Source of the DNA: Spongiibacteraceae bacterium
Lineage (GTDB): Bacteria; Pseudomonadota; Gammaproteobacteria; Pseudomonadales; CAMLJR01
Length of the DNA: 64,000 bases
Direction of reading: 5' to 3'
Assembly (NCBI GenBank): GCA_043786385.1
Contig: JAYVWC010000082.1
Span: 8,208-72,207, forward strand
A program made the translations under genes and the position numbers. This document shows positions 19,601-27,070 of the stretch, in pieces. Numbering within the stretch: position 1 is the first letter of the stretch; each line of letters opens with the position of its first letter. The notes under the pieces were generated by a model, which was not told the origin of the DNA, did not search any database, and worked only from the letters and a program-made list of their open reading frames with translations.

Positions 19601-22600
19601 AGTTGGTGCTAGGCGACGCTAAACAAACGGCGACGCTGGCTGTGGATAGCTTCGCGCAGACCAATCTGAGCGGTAGCGGACGCATCGTCGGGCGCGGCGA
19701 TCTCACATTAAACAGCGGTGGCGATCTGTCGCTGGATACACCGCTGCTGACCTTGGGCGGGGCGGGTAAGTTAACGGCCGATGCGGCCGGCATTATGACC
19801 GTTCGCAACAGCGCCGGCAGCGCACAGAATTCGGCGTTGGATTTTGCCGGCGCGCTGGCATTGAGCGGCGAACAAGTGATCATCGATACTCAATTGCGAG
19901 TGCCGGCGGGCCGCATCGATCTGATCGCGCGCACCGACGATGTCGAATTGCGCAGCGGCACACTACTCGATACCAGCGGCGTAACGCTGCGCTTCGGCGA
20001 AACTATAGTCGCCAGCGCCGACGGCGGTGTGGTGAATCTCAATGCGCAGCAGGGTGATGTGCGGACGGCGGTCGGTGCGCGCATCGATGTGTCCGCCACC
20101 AGTATCGGCAGTGCCGGTGCGCTGAATATTGCAGCTACGCAGGGTGCGGTGAATCTGCTCGGCAGTATCGATGCGGCGGCAGGGGCCGGCGGCAGCGGCG
20201 GCGCATTCGCACTCGATACACTGGCGCTCGACGATAGCTCGGCGCTGTTCGGGCTATTGCGTGCGGCCGGGTTTACCGAGTCGATCGATATTCGGCAGCG
20301 CAGCGGCGATCTAAATGTGGCGGCCGACGATAGCATCGATAGCGAGCGTGTACGGCTGCGCACCGATAACGGCAACTTGTCGATCGCGGGTGCCATTACC
20401 GCGCTCGGAGAAAAGGCCTCGGTGCTACTGGCGGCAGGTCAAAACCTGTTGCTCGACGCCAGCGCATCGTTGCGTATTGGCGCCGGCGGCGCCAATCACC
20501 GCGGCGAGCTAATGCTATCGGCATTGTCCGGGCAAATCGACGCGCGCACCGGTTCGAGTGTCGATCTGTCCGCCACCGATGCGGCAGCGGAAAATGGCCG
20601 TTTAACGTTGTTGACGACTCGCACCGCCAACGATGTGGCGATCACCAATTTTGACAGCAGCTTGCGCGGCGTCGGCCGCATCGATCTGGTGGCGAGCAAG
20701 GATTACTCGGCGTTGGGCGGCGACAGCGTATTGAACGCCGCTGATATGGCTGCGATCAATTCGGATACCGATAGTTATTTCACGGCTAACGAGGCGAGCA
20801 TAAAAAATCGTCTGACCAATCTCTCCGCAACTAGCGGCTTCCATTTGCAGGCGGGTGCCGTGGTAAAACCAGCGGGCGATCTGACGATTACCGGTCCGAT
20901 CGATTTATCCACCTATCGTTATGGAGTCAATAAAGAAGCCGGCCACTTGATGATTTCGGCAAGCGGCGATTTGACATTGAATGGCGAGCTGAGCGATGGC
21001 CTGGTGGCCGGTACGACTACTGCCGATACGGTGATTCGGGCGCAGAGCGGCGCTGTCGAATCCAAAATTGTGCAGACGGGCGAGTCCTGGTCGCTCAGTC
21101 TGGCGGCCGGCAGCGACAGCGCCAGCAGTTGGTACGGCGATACGGTAACCGGCGTCGGCGACGTCAGCCTAGCCGCCAATAGCCGCCTGCGCACCGGCAC
21201 CGGCGCTATCGAAATTTTTGCCGGCGACGATCTGGTACTGGCCGCCCAGACCTCGGTGATCTACACCGTCGGCCGCGCCGACTACGTTCTGAGCGAGGGT
21301 GCAACCTCGAGTGCGCCGCTGACGCTACAGCCGGACACCGGTGTGTTGTCACCGATCGACTTGTATCGCAATGTGTTGCCGAACCGTGTCGCCTATGCCG
21401 AGCAGGGTGGCGATATCAGTATCGACGTCGGTGGCGATATCGATGCGGCGAATTCGAATCAATTGTTTACGGACTGGTTGCAGCGCGCGCAGGGAACGTT
21501 GAATGACATCGTCTACAACACCTGGGCGGTGGCATCGGCGCGCTTCCAGCAAGGAGTCGCCACTCTGGGCGGCGGCAATATCGATGTTCACGCACGCGGC
21601 ACTATCAGCAATCTCTCGGTATCGACACCGACTACCGGTAAGCAGCTCGGCAGTCTGACGCAGCCACAATCGCTGGAACAGGCGATCGAGATCAACGGCG
21701 GCGGTGATATCGACGTGCGCGCCGGCGGTGACATCAACTCGCTACGCCTGCTGGTCGATCGCGGCACCGCACGGGTTAATGCCGAGGGCGATATCGGCGC
21801 CTGGCGCAGTGTCGATGGCTCCGCGGTTGGCTTCGAAACGCTGGTTGCGATCGGCGCTGCGGAAGCATCGTTCCGCGCCGGCGGCGATATCGCTTTCGCC
21901 GGCGCATTCAACCAAACGATGCTGGCGCAGAGCATATTGCAAAATAAAGGCTTAGCCGTTGCGGAGAACAGAAAAAGCTACTTTTTTACTTATAGCGAGC
22001 AAGCGGCATTAAACGCGCAGTCGCGCGGCGGCAATGTGTCTTTCGCGACCGAGGCAGACTCCACGGCGTTCGCCGCTGCGTTTCCGAATCTACAGCTGGC
22101 CAGTAACAGCGCCACCGCAAAATCGGCGTTGCAGATGTTGCCACCGGTGCTGAACCTGGAAGCTTTGCAAGGCGATATCGAGTTTGCCGACGATAGGCTG
22201 ACCCTGTATCCATCGGCGCGCGGCAATCTGCGTCTGGTCGCCGGCGGCGATATCGTCAACAGCGGAGCAAATCCGTTTACGCTACGTCAATCCGATGCGG
22301 ATCCTTCGCTGTTGCCGACGGCGCTGCGGCCGGTGGCGCGGTTGGGGACGTTGAGCGCTGCGTTGATCGACGATGTGTTCAGCAAACTGTTCAACCCGTT
22401 GCACGAAAATCTGCTAACCCACGCGGCGCAGCCGCTGCACGCCGGCGACGCTGCGCACTCGGTGATTGCGGCCGGCGGCGATATCGGCGCCGACGCCAGC
22501 GCGGGCAGTGCTGCGCTGACCTTCGAGCTGGCGCAGCAGACGCTGATCGACGCCGGCAACGATGTTGCCAACACGACGTTTTATCTACAGCACAATAATC

Positions 22601-24000
22601 TGGCCGATCACAGCCAAATCGGCGCCGGTCGCGATGTCAGTTATCGCTGCGAGAGCTGCAACGATCGCGGCGTTACCATCGCCGGCCCCGGCGTGCTCGA
22701 AGTATCCGCAGGCCGCGACATTGACCTCGGCGCTGCCGGCGGCATCGTGTCGATCGGCGATCGCGATAATCCGGCGTTATCATCCGAGGGCGCCGATATC
22801 CGCTTGTTGGCTGGCATCAATTCGGCGCCTGCCTATGCCGCTTTCGAGGCAAAATATTTACAGGCACCGGAGCAATTCCCGCAGCAGTTCGCGCATTTCC
22901 TATATTGGTCGGCACCCGATGCAGTGGTCTATGACCTGTTACAGACGCAAACCGGGCAGACCTACAACAATCGCGACGCCGCAATCGTAGCGCTACAACA
23001 ATTGCCGCGTAGCGCTGTATTGACGATGGCAAAACAGGCCTATGCGCAATCGTCGGCGCTGGTGCAGCGCGATCTGATAACCGCTGTTTATCTGCAGGAA
23101 ATACAGCGCGGCGGTGTCGAAGACGTGCAGGGTCAGCGAAGCGATGGCAACGGTTTCGCGCGCAGCTATGCGGTCATTGACACTTTGTTCCCCGGTGAGT
23201 TGTGGAAAGGCGATCTCAGCCTGGTGTTCAGCACGGTGCAGACGCAGCGCGGCGGCAATATCGATTTATTGATGCCGGGCGGCGGCATCGATGTGGGACT
23301 GGCGGGCACGTTCGCCGGCACTACCAAGGAGAGTGGTCAGCTCGGCATTATGGCGCAGTCGTTCGGCAGCGTGCGCGCTGTGGTCAAGAACGATATCAAC
23401 ATTAATGCCTCGCGGATATTTGCGCTCGATGCCGGCGATATTCTGCTGTGGTCGTCGGAGCAGGATGTCGACGCCGGCAAAGGCGCAAAAACCTCGCTGA
23501 CTATTCCGCCGCCGCGGCGGGTATTAAATCCCGACACCGGTCAATTCGAAACCGAGCTGCCGGCTGCGTTATCGGGCAGCGGCATTCAGTCTGGCGATAA
23601 CAAACTGACGTCGACTCCCGCGCGTTTTGCCAAATTGACGGTCGGCGCTGCCGATGCGCCGCTGCTGTTTGCGACTGTATCGGCCGCCGGCGCCAGCTAT
23701 TTGTTCGCACCGAAAGGAATAATCGATGCCGGGGATGCCGGTATTACTTCGCAGGGCGACTTATTTCTCGGCGCGCAGCAGGTGTTGGGTGCGGACAACA
23801 TCGATTTTGGGGGGGTTGCGATCGGTATTCCGGTTAGTAGCAATACCGGCGCGGCGCTCGCAGGCGTCGGCGATGTAGCCAACTCCGCAACGGAAAGCGC
23901 GACCAACTCGATGAACTCCGCATTGGCCGAAACCACCACTGCCCTTGCTGAAGGCAATGTCGCGTTTGTGACGGTGGACATATTGGGTGTGGGTAAATAA
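13699..24000 (+). CDS. Giant filamentous-haemagglutinin-family exoprotein (TpsA), 3433 aa
   Basis: The N-terminal TPS (haemagglutination activity) domain reads FNWESFNVGVGNEVVFKQPSASAVALNRIF...SAILGKISANGSIYLINRNGIVFG, where NRNG replaces the NPNG motif. A long Gly/Ala/Asp-rich beta-helix-type repeat body follows. The C-terminal conserved region is GNIDLLMPGGGIDVG...GDILLWSSEQDVDAGKGAKT. No VENN/CdiA-CT boundary was seen. Confidence 0.92.
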   Translation: MVMALLIKIRNSRGKIGAAWISCAAFTWSGLSLPAFAELPVPRANLSSGGGNYQVSSGGAVGTINQKSEREIFNWESFNVGVGNEVVFKQPSASAVALNRIFDNAPSAILGKISANGSIYLINRNGIVFGDGIHGGQVDVNGRFLATTLNINDTQFLNSNLFQAINNGEAALVGHTDDQGNALTSGAVKIDNGFTIKTGEGGDILIFAPEVMNKGNLLTPGGNAVLAASHDRVYLTANTAEETGSNLGGILVEVDTGGDVNNLGKIIAERGSVTLLGLAVNQNGLIRATTTVDNNGAIRLLARDKATHVTASQAEFAALGFDGPKELPANLARASRTGIVTIGAGSTTEVLPDAAVTKVADAQPQQLSLVDVMGSTVAIEGAATVRATGGEVRINATQYPATLQDIPGSQNASRMYIDTSALIDVSGTRDVELPMSRNVVEAELRGTELADAPLQRNGVLRGETVLVDARKGTKLANIEGYLALNERTVGERLAKGGTIKLRSEGDLIVNPGAKLDISGGSLRYQAGWLKTTKLLQNGKVVDISDADPDQPVDAILGKRSVTDARWGVAKEFGADSIFNMGTYVDSFTEGTAAGAITISASSTVFNGDIAAHASSGPYQRTPDKQVLAGSLSIDTRGIAQDVVFTPLQSKARLKLDDPIAVLDDSGQLQPPVLAIADGLVRDSGLRQLSVTTNGRVVQQADSRLELAAGNNSKLAVSASGVDIAGQIRVAGGTIDLKTKSTAFVKPIPDDDETNYVLAVRNGALLDVSGLWVNDNPLLTPDLTTPVVTNGGHIALGARGDVDIEAGSILNADAGAYRDSALSFRGGDGGTIELASYRLGGSALTLTGDYHAFGFGDSGKLAIEANGIYIGSDRPATLPATTLAFAPEFFATQGFGSYALTANLYDAEIEAGTTLRLQQRNFAPIGAGALASGDVVDTGYLGLLPSGSSLSLIATVETVAAATRKAADFSLSALQSVLVPALGQTINDLPIAELRIGKGALIAADPGAALAFNAGQRIVFDGRIEAPGGSVTMTISPDQDDVRRGSSQGIWLLDEAAISVAAAFVPQQNELGTLDGRLFDAGSIMLDARGGYVVGQTGSLLDVSGAAQTIDRVQTSPLFGTRIDSIEHALAAGAIDIRAEQGIFFDSTLRTERAALANAEGASLALRLNANASGRNSPGGFDLALQLVDVAPTVTVGPLDGIAAADRGRAVIGAQKINAAQLDTLTLEVQNWMSVGPNTLQASGRLQVLDNVQLRAQKSIALATTNLDLQGRDLQVQAPFLQLGLANADARLQQSDSGALAQLGQSTGLLALQGKLIDLVGNLAVGGARLLNLQACDDIRARSVASSNPSQILAPATLTTDADILLQARQLYPTSLADYRFDNSAGGAAASLRIVGAPGERQPVLSAGGKLGFTTGIFRNEGAIMAPLGQIAIDASQQATLAGGSLTSVSADGLTIPLGRVLGGDLDWIYPLNGQASLTMLAEKRVEIDAPAVALEQGAAIDISGGGKVYATEFTPGPGGSKDVLATENAGAAFAIMPALSSGIAAYDALEMHGVDLTAGNIVTLRGVPGLADGNYTVLPARYALLPGAYLVTPRSDSSYLAPGQVLPRFDGSWLVAGKMGVAGTAITDSNWSGFVVAPRSSVITRSEYTIADADTYFATKSLTPKDAGAVLVSATDSLELAGTIASGSSTGLGGRLDISADRLAVVAQTGTETGFIELLDSALQGLGVDSLLLGGRRSVEGTDMVIETTAQTVKMGAGASLSGPEIILAATDSVTLARDSTLAGTGRKTQQAEALSVGRDGALVRVSSSRQTDFTRTAATGATPGELQIEQGATLRADAAVLLDASGSAGFAGNLDLRGGSLSLNAGRIALGGDTAIDDALHFSGATLAALDIDELRINSRSTIDFYGAVDIGLQRLELAGQSFRNRAGAAIDVLFKVAAQATVKGVDSTASTAAGAPGGTFSIAAGELVLGDAKQTATLAVDSFAQTNLSGSGRIVGRGDLTLNSGGDLSLDTPLLTLGGAGKLTADAAGIMTVRNSAGSAQNSALDFAGALALSGEQVIIDTQLRVPAGRIDLIARTDDVELRSGTLLDTSGVTLRFGETIVASADGGVVNLNAQQGDVRTAVGARIDVSATSIGSAGALNIAATQGAVNLLGSIDAAAGAGGSGGAFALDTLALDDSSALFGLLRAAGFTESIDIRQRSGDLNVAADDSIDSERVRLRTDNGNLSIAGAITALGEKASVLLAAGQNLLLDASASLRIGAGGANHRGELMLSALSGQIDARTGSSVDLSATDAAAENGRLTLLTTRTANDVAITNFDSSLRGVGRIDLVASKDYSALGGDSVLNAADMAAINSDTDSYFTANEASIKNRLTNLSATSGFHLQAGAVVKPAGDLTITGPIDLSTYRYGVNKEAGHLMISASGDLTLNGELSDGLVAGTTTADTVIRAQSGAVESKIVQTGESWSLSLAAGSDSASSWYGDTVTGVGDVSLAANSRLRTGTGAIEIFAGDDLVLAAQTSVIYTVGRADYVLSEGATSSAPLTLQPDTGVLSPIDLYRNVLPNRVAYAEQGGDISIDVGGDIDAANSNQLFTDWLQRAQGTLNDIVYNTWAVASARFQQGVATLGGGNIDVHARGTISNLSVSTPTTGKQLGSLTQPQSLEQAIEINGGGDIDVRAGGDINSLRLLVDRGTARVNAEGDIGAWRSVDGSAVGFETLVAIGAAEASFRAGGDIAFAGAFNQTMLAQSILQNKGLAVAENRKSYFFTYSEQAALNAQSRGGNVSFATEADSTAFAAAFPNLQLASNSATAKSALQMLPPVLNLEALQGDIEFADDRLTLYPSARGNLRLVAGGDIVNSGANPFTLRQSDADPSLLPTALRPVARLGTLSAALIDDVFSKLFNPLHENLLTHAAQPLHAGDAAHSVIAAGGDIGADASAGSAALTFELAQQTLIDAGNDVANTTFYLQHNNLADHSQIGAGRDVSYRCESCNDRGVTIAGPGVLEVSAGRDIDLGAAGGIVSIGDRDNPALSSEGADIRLLAGINSAPAYAAFEAKYLQAPEQFPQQFAHFLYWSAPDAVVYDLLQTQTGQTYNNRDAAIVALQQLPRSAVLTMAKQAYAQSSALVQRDLITAVYLQEIQRGGVEDVQGQRSDGNGFARSYAVIDTLFPGELWKGDLSLVFSTVQTQRGGNIDLLMPGGGIDVGLAGTFAGTTKESGQLGIMAQSFGSVRAVVKNDININASRIFALDAGDILLWSSEQDVDAGKGAKTSLTIPPPRRVLNPDTGQFETELPAALSGSGIQSGDNKLTSTPARFAKLTVGAADAPLLFATVSAAGASYLFAPKGIIDAGDAGITSQGDLFLGAQQVLGADNIDFGGVAIGIPVSSNTGAALAGVGDVANSATESATNSMNSALAETTTALAEGNVAFVTVDILGVGK

Positions 24001-24072
24001 AGAGCCGGCGTGGGTAAATAAATTTTTGTAAACCGGTGACTTTTTACTGGTGGTTTCTTACAGGTGAGAAAG

Positions 24073-25881
24073 ATGCGCAAATTATTTTTTGTATTACTGC
24101 TGATGGTATCGAGTTTATCGCACGCGTGGTGGAACGATAAGTGGCCGAATCGATTGCCGATAACGGTCGATACCTCTGCTGCCGGTGCCGGGGTCAGCGA
24201 AAATAATAGCGATGTTACCGTGCTGGTGAAATTGCACGCCGGCAATTTTCAGGATTTCTTTTCTGTAAAAGAAGATTTATCCGATCTGCGTTTTATCGGC
24301 GACGATGATAAAACGCCGCTGAAATTTCACGTCGAAAATTTTGATTTGGTGAATCAACTGCTGTACGTGTGGGTGAAAGTGCCGCAGGTAGCTGGCGGCA
24401 TCAACACCGCTCGCCTGTGGATGTACTACGGCAATGCCGAGGTGCCTGGAGCCCAGGATAGTGGCGGCAGCTACGATAACAATACCGCGTTGGTGTACCA
24501 CTTTAACGCCGGTGAAAAAATTCCGCAGGATGCCGGCGTAAATGGCAATCACGCGACCTCGGCCAGCGCCTCAGTGATCGGCGCGGCGATTGCTTCGGGC
24601 TTGAAATTCGAGAGCGGTAATGTCGTATCGATCGACGATAAACCTACGCTGGCGGTGAAGGCCGCGCAGGGTGCGACGATCAGCTTTTGGCTGAAGCCTA
24701 CCAAACTGGAAGGTAATACCTGGTTGTTGCAGCGCAGCGGCGGCAACAGTGAGCTGGTTATCGGTCTCGAACAAAATAATTTGTACGCGCGTTTAAAGCT
24801 CGCGAATGGCCAATTGGTGGAAACCAATAAATCGCCGAGCGTTCGCGCGGATGCCTGGCAATTGGTCACCGCGATTATCGCGCCGAATAGATTGACGTTA
24901 CTCGTCGACGGTAAAGAAGTGGCGACAGCGGCCATTCAGTTGCAGGATTTCGGCGGCGCGATTACGTTGGGCGATGGTGCCCAAGGCGGTCATCCGTTTG
25001 TCGGCGAACTCGATGAGTTCCGGATCGATACGGTGGCGCGCAGCCCGAGCTGGGTGGCTTTGCAAATCAACAATCAAGGTATTCAAGACAAACTGTTGAG
25101 TGTACAAGAGGCCGAACAGTTAGGGTCTGGCGGTAAAGAATCTGGCTTCTGGTCAGTGATCATCGGCAGCCAGGATGAGGTTGGCTGGGCCATTCTAGGC
25201 GTGCTGATGATAATGGCCGTGATCAGTTGGATCGTGATGGGCGGCAAGGCGATTTATGTCGGTCGTGTACAAAAAGATAACAAGCACTTCCTCGATCAAT
25301 ACCGCGAGCTCGGCGATCAAGACCCGGCGCAGTTGGATCGCGACGATACCGCTGAAGATAAAGAGTTGGAAAAGTCGCCGATCACGCAAGCGCTGTTTGG
25401 TAATCATGATCACTTCCAAAGCTCGCCGATTTATCGTGTTTATCATCGCGCGGTGAAGGAAACGCAGGCGCGCTTGGGTAATTCGGTAGGCGCGCGGGCC
25501 AGCGGCTTATCCAATGCGGCAATCGCGTCGATTCGCGCGACGCTCGATACGCAAATGGTGTTTGAAATGCAGCGTCTCAATTCGCAGATGGTGTTGCTAA
25601 CGATCGCGGTTGCGGGCGGACCATTCATCGGTCTGTTCGGCACTGTGGTCGGCGTGATGATCGTATTCGCGGCGATTGCCGCTTCGGGGGATGTCAATAT
25701 CAACGCAATCGCTCCGGGTGTAGCGGCAGCGCTGGCGGCCACCGTGATGGGGCTGTTGGTCGCGATCCCAGCATTGTTTGGTTACAACTATTTAATGTCG
25801 AAAATAAAAGCGACGACCGCCGATATGCGTGTATTTGCCGATGAGTTTGTCACACGGCTTGCTGAATATTACGGGAAATAA
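24073..25881 (+). CDS. MotA/TolQ/ExbB proton-channel protein with an N-terminal periplasmic DUF2341 + LamG-like (concanavalin-type) extension
   Basis: Signal peptide MRKLFFVLLLMVSSLSHA, then WWNDKWPNRLPITVDTS (DUF2341-type). A LamG-like stretch follows (ISFWLKPTKLEGNTWLLQRSG...LLVDGKEV...FVGELDEFRIDTVARS). TM helices and the ExbB core are GGPFIGLFGTVVGVMIVFAAIA...AAALAATVMGLLVAIPALFGYNYL. The ATG at 24073 was preferred over the GTG at 24064. Confidence 0.85.
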   Translation: MRKLFFVLLLMVSSLSHAWWNDKWPNRLPITVDTSAAGAGVSENNSDVTVLVKLHAGNFQDFFSVKEDLSDLRFIGDDDKTPLKFHVENFDLVNQLLYVWVKVPQVAGGINTARLWMYYGNAEVPGAQDSGGSYDNNTALVYHFNAGEKIPQDAGVNGNHATSASASVIGAAIASGLKFESGNVVSIDDKPTLAVKAAQGATISFWLKPTKLEGNTWLLQRSGGNSELVIGLEQNNLYARLKLANGQLVETNKSPSVRADAWQLVTAIIAPNRLTLLVDGKEVATAAIQLQDFGGAITLGDGAQGGHPFVGELDEFRIDTVARSPSWVALQINNQGIQDKLLSVQEAEQLGSGGKESGFWSVIIGSQDEVGWAILGVLMIMAVISWIVMGGKAIYVGRVQKDNKHFLDQYRELGDQDPAQLDRDDTAEDKELEKSPITQALFGNHDHFQSSPIYRVYHRAVKETQARLGNSVGARASGLSNAAIASIRATLDTQMVFEMQRLNSQMVLLTIAVAGGPFIGLFGTVVGVMIVFAAIAASGDVNINAIAPGVAAALAATVMGLLVAIPALFGYNYLMSKIKATTADMRVFADEFVTRLAEYYGK

Positions 25882-25886
25882 ACCTA

Positions 25887-26291
25887 ATGAACGTATCCGA
25901 CGACGACAAGGTTTTTGATGACATCAACGTAACGCCGATGCTCGATTTGGCGTATGTATTGTTAATCATTTTTATTATTTTAACGACGGCAACGGTGCAG
26001 GGCATCAAAGTCAATCTACCGAAAGCGAGCAACGCGCCGAGCTTAAACAAACCGCAGACGAAGGCGGTTACGGTTACGCCGGACGGCACCATTTATCTCG
26101 ATGCGTATCCGGTCAGTCTCGATCAGTTGGAATCGCTGCTGCGGCAATACAAAGCAGTTAACCCCGATTTACCGGTGGTGGTGAAAGCTGATTCGCAGGT
26201 GCAGTACCAGCGGGTCGTCGATGTACTGGATGTATTGGGGCGCGTCGAAATCACCCAGCTCGGTTTGGTGACGCAGAAGGCAGCGAAGTGA
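25887..26291 (+). CDS. exbD: ExbD/TolR family biopolymer transport protein
   Basis: 134 aa with INVTPMLDLAYVLLIIFIILT and a periplasmic domain (VVVKADSQVQYQRVVDVLDVLG). The gap from the exbB-like gene is 5 nt. Confidence 0.9.
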   Translation: MNVSDDDKVFDDINVTPMLDLAYVLLIIFIILTTATVQGIKVNLPKASNAPSLNKPQTKAVTVTPDGTIYLDAYPVSLDQLESLLRQYKAVNPDLPVVVKADSQVQYQRVVDVLDVLGRVEITQLGLVTQKAAK

Positions 26292-26370
26292 ACAGTCGCG
26301 AAATTATCCTCGGTCAAAATTATCCACGGCAAAACGAGTGCGGCGAAAATAAATTGCCATCGTCACTATT

Positions 26371-26399
26371 TTGTCATCACTTTGTTAAATAATTGTCTG
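26371..26399 (+). promoter_or_regulatory. Second Pho-box-like array: three direct repeats at 11-bp phasing
   Basis: The sequence reads TTGTCAT-cact-TTGTTAA-ataa-TTGTCTG in the 137-nt gap between exbD and the tonB-like gene. A -10-like GACAAT/TAACAAT lies downstream. Confidence 0.35.
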
Positions 26400-26428
26400 A
26401 CAATCAATCACCCTAACAATCGGTTCTC

Positions 26429-27055
26429 ATGTCGAAAAAATGGTTAAAAAGGCTGCCTGCTGCGCTGATCGTTTTGGTGATCGTGGTGGCAATTGTCGGC
26501 GTTGTGTACTTAAAAAATCACTTTCATAAGGACGAGACGCAAAAGAAAAAAATGGTGCAGCAGATCACGATGCTGAAGCTGCCGCCACCACCTCCGCCAC
26601 CGCCTCCGCAAGAGCAGATCAAGGAGCCGGAGATAAAGGATGAGCCGATTAAAGAAGAGACCGAAGCGCCGCCCGCTGAGTCTGCTGAAGATAGCCCTGC
26701 ACCAGAGGCAGCCGAAGGCGCAGGAGTTGGCAACGATGGTTTCGGTCTGGGAAAAAATACCGGACGCGGTTGGGGTGCCGGCACCGGCGGCGCTTACGAG
26801 CAGCATGTGCGCCAAGAAATCAACGAATTTATTTTGGGAAACGAGCGGCTAAAACACATGGATTACATCGCCGTGCTGACGTTAAAAATCGGCGAGAGTG
26901 GCGAATTTGAGCAGTACGACGTCGAAATTGTTAGCGGCGATAAAGTGGCCGCCGAGTTGATTCGTAAAATATTGGCCGATAAACGAAAACTGGCAAAGCC
27001 GCGCCCGTTAGAAGCGGCGAGCGTGGTGAAGTTAAGAATTAAATCGGTTTTATAA
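26429..27055 (+). CDS. TonB-like energy transducer (N-terminal TM anchor, Pro-rich spacer, C-terminal domain)
   Basis: TM segment LPAALIVLVIVVAIVGVVYL. Spacer LPPPPPPPPPQEQIKEPEIKDEPIKEE. A ~90-aa C-terminal globular domain follows. The gene sits directly after exbB/exbD homologues. Confidence 0.7.
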   Translation: MSKKWLKRLPAALIVLVIVVAIVGVVYLKNHFHKDETQKKKMVQQITMLKLPPPPPPPPPQEQIKEPEIKDEPIKEETEAPPAESAEDSPAPEAAEGAGVGNDGFGLGKNTGRGWGAGTGGAYEQHVRQEINEFILGNERLKHMDYIAVLTLKIGESGEFEQYDVEIVSGDKVAAELIRKILADKRKLAKPRPLEAASVVKLRIKSVL

Positions 27056-27070
27056 AATTATTTTTTGTCT

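Noticed and set aside
14232-23710. Dozens of 60-250-aa ORFs on both strands inside the tpsA coding region (for example 16968-17660, 18663-19409, 19416-19883)
   Set aside because: All are nested within one uninterrupted 10.3-kb frame with a TPS domain. Their Ala/Arg/Ser/Pro-rich translations are what out-of-frame reading of a GC-rich repeat gene produces.
23000-24072. CdiA-CT toxin plus immunity module at the end of tpsA
   Set aside because: No VENN-type boundary motif is present, the C-terminus resembles the conserved FhaB-like end, and there is no small ORF between tpsA and the exbB-fusion gene.
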